A DNA stretch of 64,000 nucleotides from Candidatus Moraniibacteriota bacterium (GTDB lineage Bacteria; Patescibacteriota; Minisyncoccia; Moranbacterales; UBA2206). Positions 21,068 to 30,096 of this stretch are shown here, in pieces. The notes beneath the pieces were generated by a model. That model searched no databases. It was given only the letters and a program-made list of their open reading frames with translations, and was not told the origin of the DNA. The position numbers and the translations under genes were made by a program. Where the stretch lies: contig CAVZKT010000002.1 of assembly GCA_963775955.1 (NCBI GenBank), positions 228,944 to 292,943 of the forward strand, in the 5' to 3' direction. How positions within the stretch are numbered: the stretch's first letter is position 1; every line of letters begins with the position of its first letter.

Positions 21068-21812
21068 ATGTTGAGCAAAGCGAAATCCGCCTTTGGCGGA
21101 ATAACAAAAATGAAGAATCTATTTACGAATTTCAGCGGATACGCCTCGACTTTTTCCATTTTTATAATTGTAATCATCCTGGTCATTTCCAGTTTTTACG
21201 GCTGGCAGAAATATCAGGAGTATAAATTTCCGGAAAAGGCGGCGCGCGGCGAAATAACCGGGTCGGCTTATTATGCCAAAGCGATTAAGCTGGAAATTGA
21301 CAGGATTTTGAGCAATAAAAACCTGAAGGACAAAAGGGCGATGGAGCTGGCCGAAAGTATCAAAACTATTTCCGATAAATCCGGTTCGTATTCGCTGGAA
21401 GTGCCTCAAAGCTGGACGACAGTTTCCAGTGATGGCCTGAAAAACAATAAACTTTCAAATCTAGTTATGCAAAGCGCATATTTTTCTACTCACGAAACTG
21501 GCGGAAAAAAGTATTATGACGCGGGAGCGAAATTTTCAGTCTCGGCTTTTGCCGGTGAAAATAAAAATATCATAGAAGGAAATGGCGGACACGCGGAATC
21601 TTATTAAAACTGGAAAATATGGCGGACAGGCAGGCGAATTTACTTATCATATTTTTAAAGATCCGGATTCGGAAAATGGAGAGGTGATGGACGGGCATAT
21701 TGCCCGCAGCGGAAAAACTTATTTATTCGCCATAACTTATAATCCCGAAACTTTTTCCGACGCCGAATTCACTTTTCAGGAAATCCTGGATTCGGTGAAG
21801 TTTTTGAAATAA
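21068..21812 (+). CDS. Membrane-anchored hypothetical protein, probable frame break near 21590
   Basis: Track ORFs 21068-21607 and 21582-21812 overlap in adjacent frames and read through as one protein if one base is removed in GCGGAATC. Confidence 0.5.
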
Positions 21813-21856
21813 TCGCAAAATTTTGAAAAGAGTAGATAATATGCTATATTTGATAT

Positions 21857-23152
21857 ATGCTGGATATTAAGTTTATTCGAGAAAATAAAGATTTAATAAA
21901 GCAAAACTGCGAAAATCGCGGGGTCAAGTGCGACATTGACCGGCTTTTGGTTTTGGATAATCAAAGGAAAGAATTATTGCAAGAAATAGAAAAATTAAGA
22001 ACCAGGAAAAATTTGCTTAGTGATTTATTTAAAAGGAGTTCAGGAAGAAATTAAAAAAGCTGGTTTCAAAAATAGAGATGAAACAATAAAGGAGGGAAAA
22101 GAGATTAAAGAAAAATTGAATAAAACGGGACCAGAATGGGAAGAGGCTGAAACGAAATACAGAGAGTTTTTATATAAAGTTCCCAATATAACACATCCGG
22201 ATTCTCCGATTGGCCAGGATGATAGCGAAAATAAAGAAGTTGAAAGATACGGCGAGGAACCTAAATTTGATTTTACTCCCAGAAATCACGAAGAGCTGGG
22301 GAAAGATCTGGACATAATTGATTTTGAAAGAGCGGCCAAAGTTTCAGGTTCAAAGTTTTATTATTTAAAAAATGAAGGAGCGCTTTTGGAGCTGGCGCTT
22401 ATCCAGTTATGCTTTTGAAAAATTAATCCAAAAAGGATTTACTCCTTTCATCACTCCCGATTTAGCCAAAGATAAAGTCTTAGAAGGGATAGGCTTTAAT
22501 CCGCGCGGAAAGGAAACCCAAGTGTATTCTGTTGAAAATGAGGATTTAAGCCTAATTGGCACGGCTGAAATTACCATGGGCGGTTATCATATGAATGAAA
22601 CTATTCCGGAAGAAAAACTGCCTCTCAAATATGCGGCGCTTTCCCATTGTTTTCGGACTGAAGCCGGAGTCATACGGAAAGCACAGCGCCGGGCTTTATC
22701 GGGCGCACCAGTTTACCAAAGTCGAAATGTTTGCTTATGCAATTCCGGAGGATTCGGAAAAAATTCATGAAGAAATAAAAAATATTGAAGTGGAAATTTT
22801 TAAAGGTCTAGGTGTGCCTTTTCGGGTAGTGGATATTTGCACAGGTGATTTGGGCGGTCCGGCATATCGCAAATATGATCTGGAAGGATGGATGACATCC
22901 AAGAACGGCTGGGGGGAAATTACTTCAACTTCAAATACAACTGATTATCAGGCCCGGCGGTTGAATATTAAAGTCCAAAGAAAAGACGGCAAAAAAGAAT
23001 TTTTGCATATGCTTAATGGCACAGCCATTGCAATTTCTCGGGCTCTCATTGCGATTTTGGAAAATTTTCAGCAGACGGACGGGTCGGTAAAAATTCCGGA
23101 AGTTTTACAAAAATATATGCCGGGGAATATAAGTGTAATCAAATCAAAATAA
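21857..23152 (+). CDS. serS: Serine--tRNA ligase, three frame breaks
   Basis: Four overlapping track ORFs together form one SerRS: an N-terminal coiled coil, motif 2 (SHCFRTEAGSYGKHSAGLYRAHQF after repair) and motif 3 (LNGTAIAISRALIAILEN). The breaks lie near 22031-22037, 22405-22409 and 22666-22670. Confidence 0.85.
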
Positions 23153-23545
23153 ATGGAACAAAACCAAAATCATCATAGCAAGCTAACTTCAGAGCAGAAA
23201 GCGGCAGACAGGATTACCGCCATTGTCGGCAGTTGGACTTTTATAATCACGCAAAGCATCATCTTGGTTTTGTGGATTATAGTTAATGTTATAGCCTGGA
23301 TAAGCCACTGGGATCCGTATCCCTTCATACTTTTAAATCTGGTTTTGAGTTTTCAGGCAGCTTTCACGGCTCCGATAATCCTGATGAGCCAGAACCGGAC
23401 GGCCGAACGGGATCGGCACAAAGCGGAAATGGATTTAGCGACAGATCGGCTGGCAGAGCGCGAAATCAAACAAATTCACGAACATTTGGAAAAAATAGAC
23501 AGCGAAAAACTCAGCAGGATTTTGGAGATTTTGGAAAAGAGATAA
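23153..23545 (+). CDS. DUF1003-family membrane protein
   Basis: ADRITAIVGSW, two TM helices, and SQNRTAERDRHKAEMDLATD. Confidence 0.7.
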   Translation: MEQNQNHHSKLTSEQKAADRITAIVGSWTFIITQSIILVLWIIVNVIAWISHWDPYPFILLNLVLSFQAAFTAPIILMSQNRTAERDRHKAEMDLATDRLAEREIKQIHEHLEKIDSEKLSRILEILEKR

Positions 23546-23639
23546 TTTTTGCTATAATTTAAAAAGTCTAATAATTATTAAACAAAAAATATTTACCCCG
23601 TTAGAAATTCAAATGAATTTTATGGTGGGGCAAAAAACT

Positions 23640-24365
23640 ATGAAAATTTCTAATGGAGTGAAGAAATCCGTCGCAATTATTTTCTCGACTGCAGTATTAT
23701 TTTCCGGTAGTTTAGCGCTGGCTAACAGCCAGTCTGCTGCTTCGCAGCAAAACAGAGAAGAAATAAAAAATCAAATAGAAACCAGAAAAGCCGCTCTGGC
23801 GGAAATTAAGACGCAATGGAAAGAACAACGAGTGGCGCTTCTGGACAAATTAAAATCGGAAAAAGAAAGATTGAAAAACGAATTTAAGGAAAAATTTACC
23901 GAAGAAAGATGCAATAGAGTTCGGGCTAGAATAGAAAACAGAAGCGGATTTTTTGCGGGCGCCAAGGAAAAACACATGAGCGTTTATACTAATCTGGTGA
24001 ATAGAACAAATAAATTTATCACGCGGGCGGATGAGCAAAATCTGGACACTGCGACTATTAATGGCCATCTGACTGAACTGGAAACTAAAATCGAGGGATT
24101 TAAAGAAGATTATGCCGCATATGCCGCAAAACTGGCTGAAAACAAAAATTATACCTGCGGTCATGCAGAAGGTGAATTCAGGGGGGTTTTACTTGAATCA
24201 AAAACACTTTTAAAGCAAGTTCATGCTGACGCGGCCGATATCAGGACATATGTCCGCGAAACAATTTTGGCAGATCTGCGCGCGCTCAAAAGCCAAATGA
24301 CTACCGCAGATGATACGGAAGAAGATGAAACGGAAGAGGCTGCGGGAGAAGAAACAAGCGATTAA
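23640..24365 (+). CDS. Secreted coiled-coil protein with acidic C-terminus
   Basis: Signal-peptide-like N-terminus from ATG 23640 (MKISNGVKKSVAIIFSTAVLFSGSLALA). Heptad-rich body and an E/D/T-rich tail. Confidence 0.55.
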   Translation: MKISNGVKKSVAIIFSTAVLFSGSLALANSQSAASQQNREEIKNQIETRKAALAEIKTQWKEQRVALLDKLKSEKERLKNEFKEKFTEERCNRVRARIENRSGFFAGAKEKHMSVYTNLVNRTNKFITRADEQNLDTATINGHLTELETKIEGFKEDYAAYAAKLAENKNYTCGHAEGEFRGVLLESKTLLKQVHADAADIRTYVRETILADLRALKSQMTTADDTEEDETEEAAGEETSD

Positions 24366-24389
24366 TTAAAATAATTTTTTTACAAAACA

Positions 24390-24668
24390 ATGAGTAAGCG
24401 AATTGCAATCATAATTATAGTAATAATCCTGGCGATTACGGCAATCGTTTATGTGGGGATTTGGAACGCGAAAAAAGAAACAACCGTGAATCAAGACAAG
24501 CCTATTTCAACTAAACAGCAGACAAAAGAAACGACGGACAACACAACAGCGAGGGAAACAGCCAAGTCAGCTGATAGTGATATTTCCGGCATTGAATCGG
24601 ATCTGAATTCCATGAGTGACGACAGCTTTGCAGAGGATACCCTTTCCGATTCGGAGGTTGGGCTGTAA
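24390..24668 (+). CDS. Small N-terminally anchored protein
   Basis: One TM helix followed by a polar T/S/D-rich tail. A terminator hairpin follows (AATGGCTT/AAGCCATT, 24669-24690). Confidence 0.5.
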   Translation: MSKRIAIIIIVIILAITAIVYVGIWNAKKETTVNQDKPISTKQQTKETTDNTTARETAKSADSDISGIESDLNSMSDDSFAEDTLSDSEVGL

Positions 24669-24711
24669 AATGGCTTAAAGAAGCCATTCAAAAACCGACG
24701 AGAATGTGGGG

Positions 24712-24740
24712 TTGACCCAGCACTAACTTTGCTTTATACT
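24712..24740 (+). promoter_or_regulatory. Promoter P1 (TTGACC-17-TATACT)
   Basis: Near-consensus hexamers with a 17-nt spacer. The spacer is one arm of a 15-bp inverted repeat. Confidence 0.6.
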
Positions 24741-24800
24741 ATAGGAACTGCGCATAAGGCATTTTGGACATAGTTATCAACAGGGAAAGTTAGTGCTGGG

Positions 24801-24828
24801 TTGACAATATTTACAGAATTGCTAAAAT
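24801..24828 (+). promoter_or_regulatory. Promoter P2 (TTGACA-16-TAAAAT)
   Basis: Perfect -35 placed immediately after the second arm of the inverted repeat. Tandem with P1, about 90 nt apart. Confidence 0.55.
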
Positions 24829-24941
24829 AGTAAAGCTTTAAAAAGCAGTATGCGAAAAGCGCACTTCGAATATTTAACATATTTAACAATCAAAACACCA
24901 AAAAACATTAATTGAAAATTTAATGAAATTAGGGTGAGAAG

Positions 24942-24993
24942 AAACTACATTTGAGCATACAAAAGAGTTGCTGTATGTTGAGATGTAGTTTTT
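24942..24993 (+). terminator. Terminator-like long hairpin downstream of P1/P2
   Basis: AAACTACAT ... ATGTAGTTT outer stem and CATACA/TGTATG inner stem, followed by TTTTT. Confidence 0.45.
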
Positions 24994-25531
24994 GAGTTCT
25001 TTAAATATAAATTTTCGGCGACTAAGCAAATAGCCGTGCGAGTCTGAAAATAGTAGGACGCATGTCACAGAGGGGCAAATTGGGTTTCATCCTGAATCCG
25101 CCAAACTCTATGCTTGGCTAAGTTTAACTGTGCGCACAGCGCTTAGTGGAGCTGGAGTTCTAAACAAGGGAATTGCAGGAGTGCTATTCCTGCCCTCTTA
25201 GTCTCAGTGCCGAAATTAAACCTTTAGCGGTTAGCGCGGTAATTTCAGGATTCTCGCAGAGAGAACCACCGCCTAACCGCTGAAGGAAATTTAAAATTAA
25301 AGCTCGGTCGGCCGAAGAATTTCAAGCGTGACCAGAGACATGCTTGACGGCCTCCACTGGCCGACCGGGACTAATCTGTATAACTTCAAAGAAGTTAGGA
25401 GAAAGAAAAAAAATCTTTCTCCTCATCACTTTGCAGTTATGGATAGTAATTTAATAATTGAATATGTTCAGCAAACCCCAGTTAAATAATTCACATACAG
25501 TGAAATTTAACGGGGTAAAATAAAATAATCG

Positions 25532-25555
25532 CAATTTTTTGCGATTAGTCCTGCC
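25532..25555 (+). promoter_or_regulatory. 5' arm of the putative pre-16S processing stem
   Basis: CAATTTTTTGCGATTAGTCCTGCC pairs over all 24 positions (one U-G wobble) with 28516-28539. Confidence 0.65.
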
Positions 25556-26127
25556 ATTCCGAAGCTCGCAAGAGCGAAGGATGGCTAGTACAGAAATGTA
25601 CAAAAACCCTCCTACGTCCGCCTCGGCGGACTTCGGAAGGGTAAAGAGTCTATTCAAACAAAGAATTTATTTTCTTTAAATAAGGTTTATTGATCCGTCT
25701 TCTCCGCCTTCGGCGGATTCGGCGGGATCTAATAAATCTATCGAAAAAAATTATATTTTTTTCGAGATTTATTGAGAGTTTGATCCTAGCTCAGGATGAA
25801 CGCTGGCGGCGTGGATAAGGCATGCAAGTCGAGAGGGTTTAGACCCTCGGCAAACGGGTTAGTAATACATAGGAACTTCCCTGAAGTCGTGAATAATCCG
25901 GAGAAATCCGGAATAATACACGATATGCTCTACGGAGTAAAGATTTATCGCTTCAGGAGGGCCTGTGTCCTATCAGCTTGTTGGTAGTGTAAAGGACTAC
26001 CAAGGCTATGACGGGTAGGGGGTGTGAGAGCACGGCCCCCAACATTGGGACTGAGACACTGCCCAAACTCCTACGGGAGGCTGCAGTCGAGAATATTCGT
26101 CAATGGGCGAAAGCCTGATGGAGCGAC

Positions 26128-26166
<39 letters not shown>

Positions 26167-26858
26167 TTTCTGAGGGAAGAATTTCGTGACGGTACCGCAG
26201 GAATAAGAGGTTACTAACTCTGTGCCAGCAGTAGCGGTAATACAGAGACCTCAAGCGTTATCCGGATTTATTGGGCGTAAAGAGCATGTAGGCGGATATA
26301 TTAGTCAGATGTCAAATCTTCGAGCTCAACTCGAAAACTGCATTTGAAACGGTATGTCTAGAGAGAGTGAGAGATCGATGGAACATATGGTGTAGCAGTG
26401 AAATGCGTTGATATCATATGGAACACCAAAGGCGAAGGCATTCGATTGGCACTCTTCTGACGCTGAGATGCGAAAGCGTGGGTAGCGAATGGGATTAGAT
26501 ACCCCAGTAGTCCACGCCGTAAACGATGCATACTAGGTATTAGGAGAATCGACCCTCCTAGTGTCGTAGCTAACGCGTTAAGTATGCCGCCTGGGAAGTA
26601 CGAGCGCAAGCTTAAAACTCAAAGGAATAGACGGGGATCCGCACAAGTGGTGGAGCATGTGGTTTAATTCGACGGTAAGCGAGAAACCTCACCAGGGCTT
26701 GAAACTTAGCTGCATTGTGCAGAAATGCACAAGCCTTCGAGGGTGCTAAGCAGGCGCTGCACGGTTGTCGTCAGCTCGTGTCGTAAGATGTTCTGTTAAG
26801 TCAGGAAACGAGCGCAACCCCTATCGTGTGTTACATTGTGTCACACGAGACTGCCCAG

Positions 26859-27048
26859 AACTTTGCACAAGAGTGCAAAGTAAATTCCAAATTACAAATC
26901 ACAAATCCCAAACAAATTCAAAATTCTAAAATACAAATTTCAAAACTTTTAAAAAATTGTTTTGGACATTTGAATTTTGGTCATTGGTGCTTGTTTGGAA
27001 TTTGGTGCTTAGGATTTGGTGCTTACTTTGTCACTCGTGGACAAAGTT
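26859..27048 (+). other. 190-nt AT-rich expansion replacing the helix-40 loop of the 16S
   Basis: Sits between ACTGCCCAG and CTGGGAGGAAGGTGGGG, where E. coli has CCAGTGATAAACTGG. It begins and ends with similar hairpins (ACTTTGCAC/GTGCAAAGT and CTTTGTC/GACAAAG). The centre folds as a long A/T helix. Confidence 0.8.
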
Positions 27049-27279
27049 CTGGGAGGAAGGTGGGGATGACGTCAAATCAGCGTGGCCCTTTGACGCCCTG
27101 GGCAACACACGTGCTACAATGGTAAGAACAAAGGGTTGCCAAGCCGTAAGGCGGAGCTAATCCCAAAAATCTGATCTCAGTTCGGATTGAGGTCTGCAAC
27201 TCGACCTCATGAAGCCGGAATCACTAGTAATCGTAGATCAGAATGCTACGGTGAATACGTTCTCGGATCTTGTACTCAC

Positions 27280-28151
27280 AATAAAAGCGCTGGGCAGTTG
27301 TAAATTCTAAGGAGTTTAAATCTCCTCTCCCGATTTCGTCATCGGGATGTAGCTGAAAGGTAGTCGTTATCCGCGAGGATAATGGTGAAGGATCTGGAAG
27401 CAAAAAATAGTCCGACAAAATCCGCCAGTTGGCGGAGCGCGCATCGACCTTCGGAAGGGTGGTGAGCGAAGGGAAGACGCAAGAATAAGCGCAGTCGGAA
27501 TGTTTGGAAAAGAGTTTATAATGACCCCAGGAGATCTTATGCCGTTCTGATTATGTGTTATAATATAATCAGGTAATGAAACTTACGCGGCGTAAGAAGT
27601 CAGCTGAATCGTAGTATCCCGAGTTCTCGGGAGAAGGATTCACTCAGTGCATATGGAATTAAATCCAAATTATATCGTTGGTCTGGTTGATGGAGAAGGA
27701 AGTTTTACAGCTTATGTAAAAAATCCGGATTCAACCAAAAAAGTTCAAAGGCGGACAAAAGTTGAGCCAAGGTTTTTTCTGAAACTTATCGAGAAAGATA
27801 AAAAAATTCTTGATGAGCTTAAAAAATTCTTCGGATGCGGCAATGTTTATTTTCAAAAAGATAAGCGCGCCAATCATCAAAATTGTTATCGTTATGAAGT
27901 AGCCAACCGCAGTGATTTGGAAAAAATAATAGTTCCATTTTTCAAAAGGAATTCTTTGCAGTTACGCTCAAAGAAAAGTGACTTTGAAATGTTTTGTAAG
28001 ATTCTCAAGATGGTTCAAAAAAAGGAACATCTGAAAGAATCGGGATTAAGAAAAATATATAATCTCAAGCAAAAGATGCATTAGAGCTCGTCGTGTGCGG
28101 GAAATCCGCAGGCACGATGGGAACATCAATTCGTAGTTTTACGAAAATATT
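27280..28151 (+). mobile_element. 872-nt intervening sequence in the 16S (E. coli ~1397-1400 region) carrying a homing endonuclease gene
   Basis: Interrupts the universal GYACACACCGCCCGT: TTGTACTCAC | insertion | CGCCCGTCACACC. Contains structured GC-rich RNA flanks and the LAGLIDADG ORF. Confidence 0.85.
27653..28084 (+). CDS. LAGLIDADG homing endonuclease (single-motif type)
   Basis: NPNYIVGLVDGEGSF is the LAGLIDADG motif. 143-145 aa, the size of the homodimeric I-CreI-like class. Located inside the rRNA insertion. Confidence 0.85.
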   Translation: MELNPNYIVGLVDGEGSFTAYVKNPDSTKKVQRRTKVEPRFFLKLIEKDKKILDELKKFFGCGNVYFQKDKRANHQNCYRYEVANRSDLEKIIVPFFKRNSLQLRSKKSDFEMFCKILKMVQKKEHLKESGLRKIYNLKQKMH

Positions 28152-28485
28152 CGCCCGTCACACCAAGAGAGTCGGTAATACCCGAAGCTCCTGTTTTAAA
28201 GCAGGAACCACGGTAGGATCGATGATAAGGGTGAAGTCGTAACAAGGCATCCGTAGCGGAAGCTGTGGATGGATCACCTCCTTTCTAGGGAGAAATGATG
28301 GAATTCCAGAGCACTGCACTCCGCCAGTCGGCGGAAAAGGTATTCAGCGTCAAAACTAAATATCGTGTAGTGTGGATTTCATCCGCTGGTCGAATCTACT
28401 GAATTATCTCAGTAGGTAACAGCAATGCCCAGCAGTGCTATATGAAACTGCAGGTGTGTTTGTACACGCACCGATGGACACTCGG

Positions 28486-28521
28486 CCCGCCTGCAACGCT
28501 TTGCGTAGCAATGTGGGCAGG
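28486..28521. repeat. GC-rich hairpin element, copy A
   Basis: CCCGCCTGCAACGCTTTGCGTAGCAATGTGGGCAGG. 29/36 identical to the copy inside proS (56248-56283). Its core is shared with 29837-29874. Confidence 0.75.
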
Positions 28522-28539
28522 ACTAATCGCAAAAGATTG
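28516..28539 (+). promoter_or_regulatory. 3' arm of the putative pre-16S processing stem
   Basis: GGCAGGACTAATCGCAAAAGATTG, complementary to 25532-25555. Confidence 0.65.
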
Positions 28540-28693
28540 TTGATTTTTATAACAAGGCACCCGCATAGGGTGTCTTTGTGTTGGTCTACTCCGCTTGAAA
28601 TATATTTATCACTTGACCGTATTATATAATGGGTATATATTCATAACATATAGACTCAGTTAAAAAGCTAAAATAGAAAGGCGGGTGATTAAT

Positions 28694-28951
28694 ATGCCAC
28701 GACAAGACAAAACAGGCCCGATAGGAATGGGACCCGGAACCGGCCGAGGAATGGGTCCTTGCGAAGCAGGTTACGGTCCAGGACTGGGACGGGGACGCGG
28801 ATATGGAAGAGTGATGTGCGGATGGTTCTATCGGAAATATCAGACAATGCCAGAAGAGGAAAGAAAGGATTTGCTCAAAGAAGAAATTGAAGATTTGAAG
28901 CAAGAAATGCAAATGGCGGAAGAAGAACTGAAGGGACTGGAAAAGGAGTAA
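28694..28951 (+). CDS. DUF5320-family protein
   Basis: MPRQDKTGPIGMGPGTGRGMGPC... Gly-rich N-terminus plus a C-terminal coiled coil (EEIEDLKQEMQMAEEELKGLE). ATG 28694 follows AGGCGGGTG. Confidence 0.7.
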   Translation: MPRQDKTGPIGMGPGTGRGMGPCEAGYGPGLGRGRGYGRVMCGWFYRKYQTMPEEERKDLLKEEIEDLKQEMQMAEEELKGLEKE

Positions 28952-29043
28952 TTTCCATCAGAAGCAGTCTTTCTCCTCCTTTAGCTAGCAGAGAAGGAGA
29001 AGGTTGTTTTTGGTGGTATAATCAAGTCAATAAAGAAAAATTT

Positions 29044-29319
29044 ATGGTGAGACCAAGAATGTGTCGGAGGCTTCGTTTCAAGCCAAAAGCCCGCTATTTT
29101 AAACCACGAGGAATTCCAATGCATCAATTGGAAGAAGTGGTTTTAACCAAGGAGGAAATAGAAGCTGTGAAGCTCAATGATTTTGACGGTTTGGAACAAA
29201 CTGAAGCCTCGGAAAAGATGAATACCTCGCAAAGCACTTTTCAGCGGATTTTAGCTTCCGCTAGAGTTAAAATTGCCGAAGCGATTATAAGAGGCAAAGC
29301 GCTGAAAATTGAAGAATAG
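29044..29319 (+). CDS. DUF134 (UPF0251) putative DNA-binding protein
   Basis: MCRRLRFKPKARYFKPRGIP...LTKEEIEAVKLNDFDGLEQTEASEKMNTSQSTFQRIL is the family pattern (HTH-like). Confidence 0.75.
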   Translation: MVRPRMCRRLRFKPKARYFKPRGIPMHQLEEVVLTKEEIEAVKLNDFDGLEQTEASEKMNTSQSTFQRILASARVKIAEAIIRGKALKIEE

Positions 29320-29324
29320 CCAGG

Positions 29325-29345
29325 GGACTAATCGCAAAAGATTGT
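29325..29345. repeat. Third copy of GGACTAATCGCAAAAGATTGT
   Basis: 21/21 identical to 28520-28540. Together the two copies bracket the DUF5320-DUF134 pair. Confidence 0.85.
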
Positions 29346-29358
29346 GAAATTTAGCAAG

Positions 29359-29380
29359 AACCGCTTAAGGGCGGTTTTTT
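29359..29380 (+). terminator. Rho-independent terminator
   Basis: AACCGC-TTAAG-GCGGTT followed by TTTT. Confidence 0.7.
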
Positions 29381-29418
29381 GCGTTGACTGAAAAATCTCA
29401 CTACTCTGCTTTTACCGC

Positions 29419-29447
29419 TTGACTTATTTCAGAATCTAGCTTAAAAT
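29419..29447 (+). promoter_or_regulatory. Promoter (TTGACT-17-TAAAAT)
   Basis: Near-consensus hexamers upstream of ORF 29517. Confidence 0.5.
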
Positions 29448-29516
29448 ATCGTATTGAGTGAAATATAAAGAATAGGACATTAGGACATTACAAATAAAAT
29501 AAAGGGGGACAATGAA

Positions 29517-29780
29517 ATGGAAAGGATTAGGGAAAGAAGCATTAACGCAATAATGCTGGTTGCAGAAAAGAAAGGTCTTCCATTAGTTCCGAGGAAGTGT
29601 GTTGAAAGTGCCTGGAACGGATTAGAACAGGGAGAACTTAACACATCGTTGTATGCGGGCGGTTTATTTTTTGAAGCTATCCATGGGATCGCAACTGAGC
29701 TTTTTGAAACGAAAGGACGCCATAAAGCTTGTCGCCAATATTGCAGTGAGATAGTTTTTTGCCAAAAGGGTAAAATTTGA
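29517..29780 (+). CDS. Hypothetical protein
   Basis: 87-aa ORF with AAAGGGGGAC upstream. Flanked by clusters of ACATT-containing boxes. Confidence 0.45.
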   Translation: MERIRERSINAIMLVAEKKGLPLVPRKCVESAWNGLEQGELNTSLYAGGLFFEAIHGIATELFETKGRHKACRQYCSEIVFCQKGKI

Positions 29781-29836
29781 AAAGTTTAGCACAAATGGGG
29801 GATTTGGTTCATATAACCTGCCCTCTTCTTTTTTTA

Positions 29837-29874
29837 CCCCTGTCCGCAACGTTTCGCATAGCGATGCAGGCGGG
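29837..29874. repeat. GC-rich hairpin element, copy B
   Basis: CCCCTGTCCGCAACGTTTCGCATAGCGATGCAGGCGGG. Stem CCTGTCCGC/GCAGGCGGG. The loop core matches copies A and C. Flanked by T-run and A-run, so it could act as a bidirectional terminator. Confidence 0.65.
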
Positions 29875-29958
29875 CAAAAATCCTCGTTAACATAAAAAGA
29901 AACGACATTCTAACATTCTACAGAAAGCCAGAATGTTATTTTTATCTTTACGCGGCAT

Positions 29959-29982
29959 CCTAACATTCTTAAGAATGTTAGG
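29959..29982. promoter_or_regulatory. 24-bp perfect palindrome CCTAACATTCTTAAGAATGTTAGG (operator-like)
   Basis: Exact dyad symmetry. Further TAACATTCT/AGAATGTTA half-sites at 29911-29919 and 29930-29938. Confidence 0.5.
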
Positions 29983-30096
29983 AATGTTCATGTAAGTAAT
30001 TAATTCCTGAATTAATTCAGTAATTTCCCCAGACCTCGCCCAAAGCGGGGTTTTATGGTATAATAAAAATATAATTGGCATCAGTCAAATATAAAA

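Noticed and set aside
25060-25400. Possible tmRNA, RNase P RNA, SRP RNA or group II intron in the GC-rich structured block upstream of the 16S.
   Set aside because: GGGGCAAATTGGGTTTC superficially resembles a tmRNA 5' end. However, there is no matching 3' acceptor/T-arm (…CTCCACCA), no GAGGAAAGTCCGGGC or ACAGAACCCGGCTTA, no SRP GGAAGCAGC motif and no domain V-like sequence. It is left as an unclassified structured region.
27280-28151. Calling the 16S insertion a group I intron.
   Set aside because: The boundaries dictated by the conserved exon sequence give a 5' exon ending in C and an insert ending in U. I could not identify P7/G-binding elements by eye. The classification is left open and not asserted.
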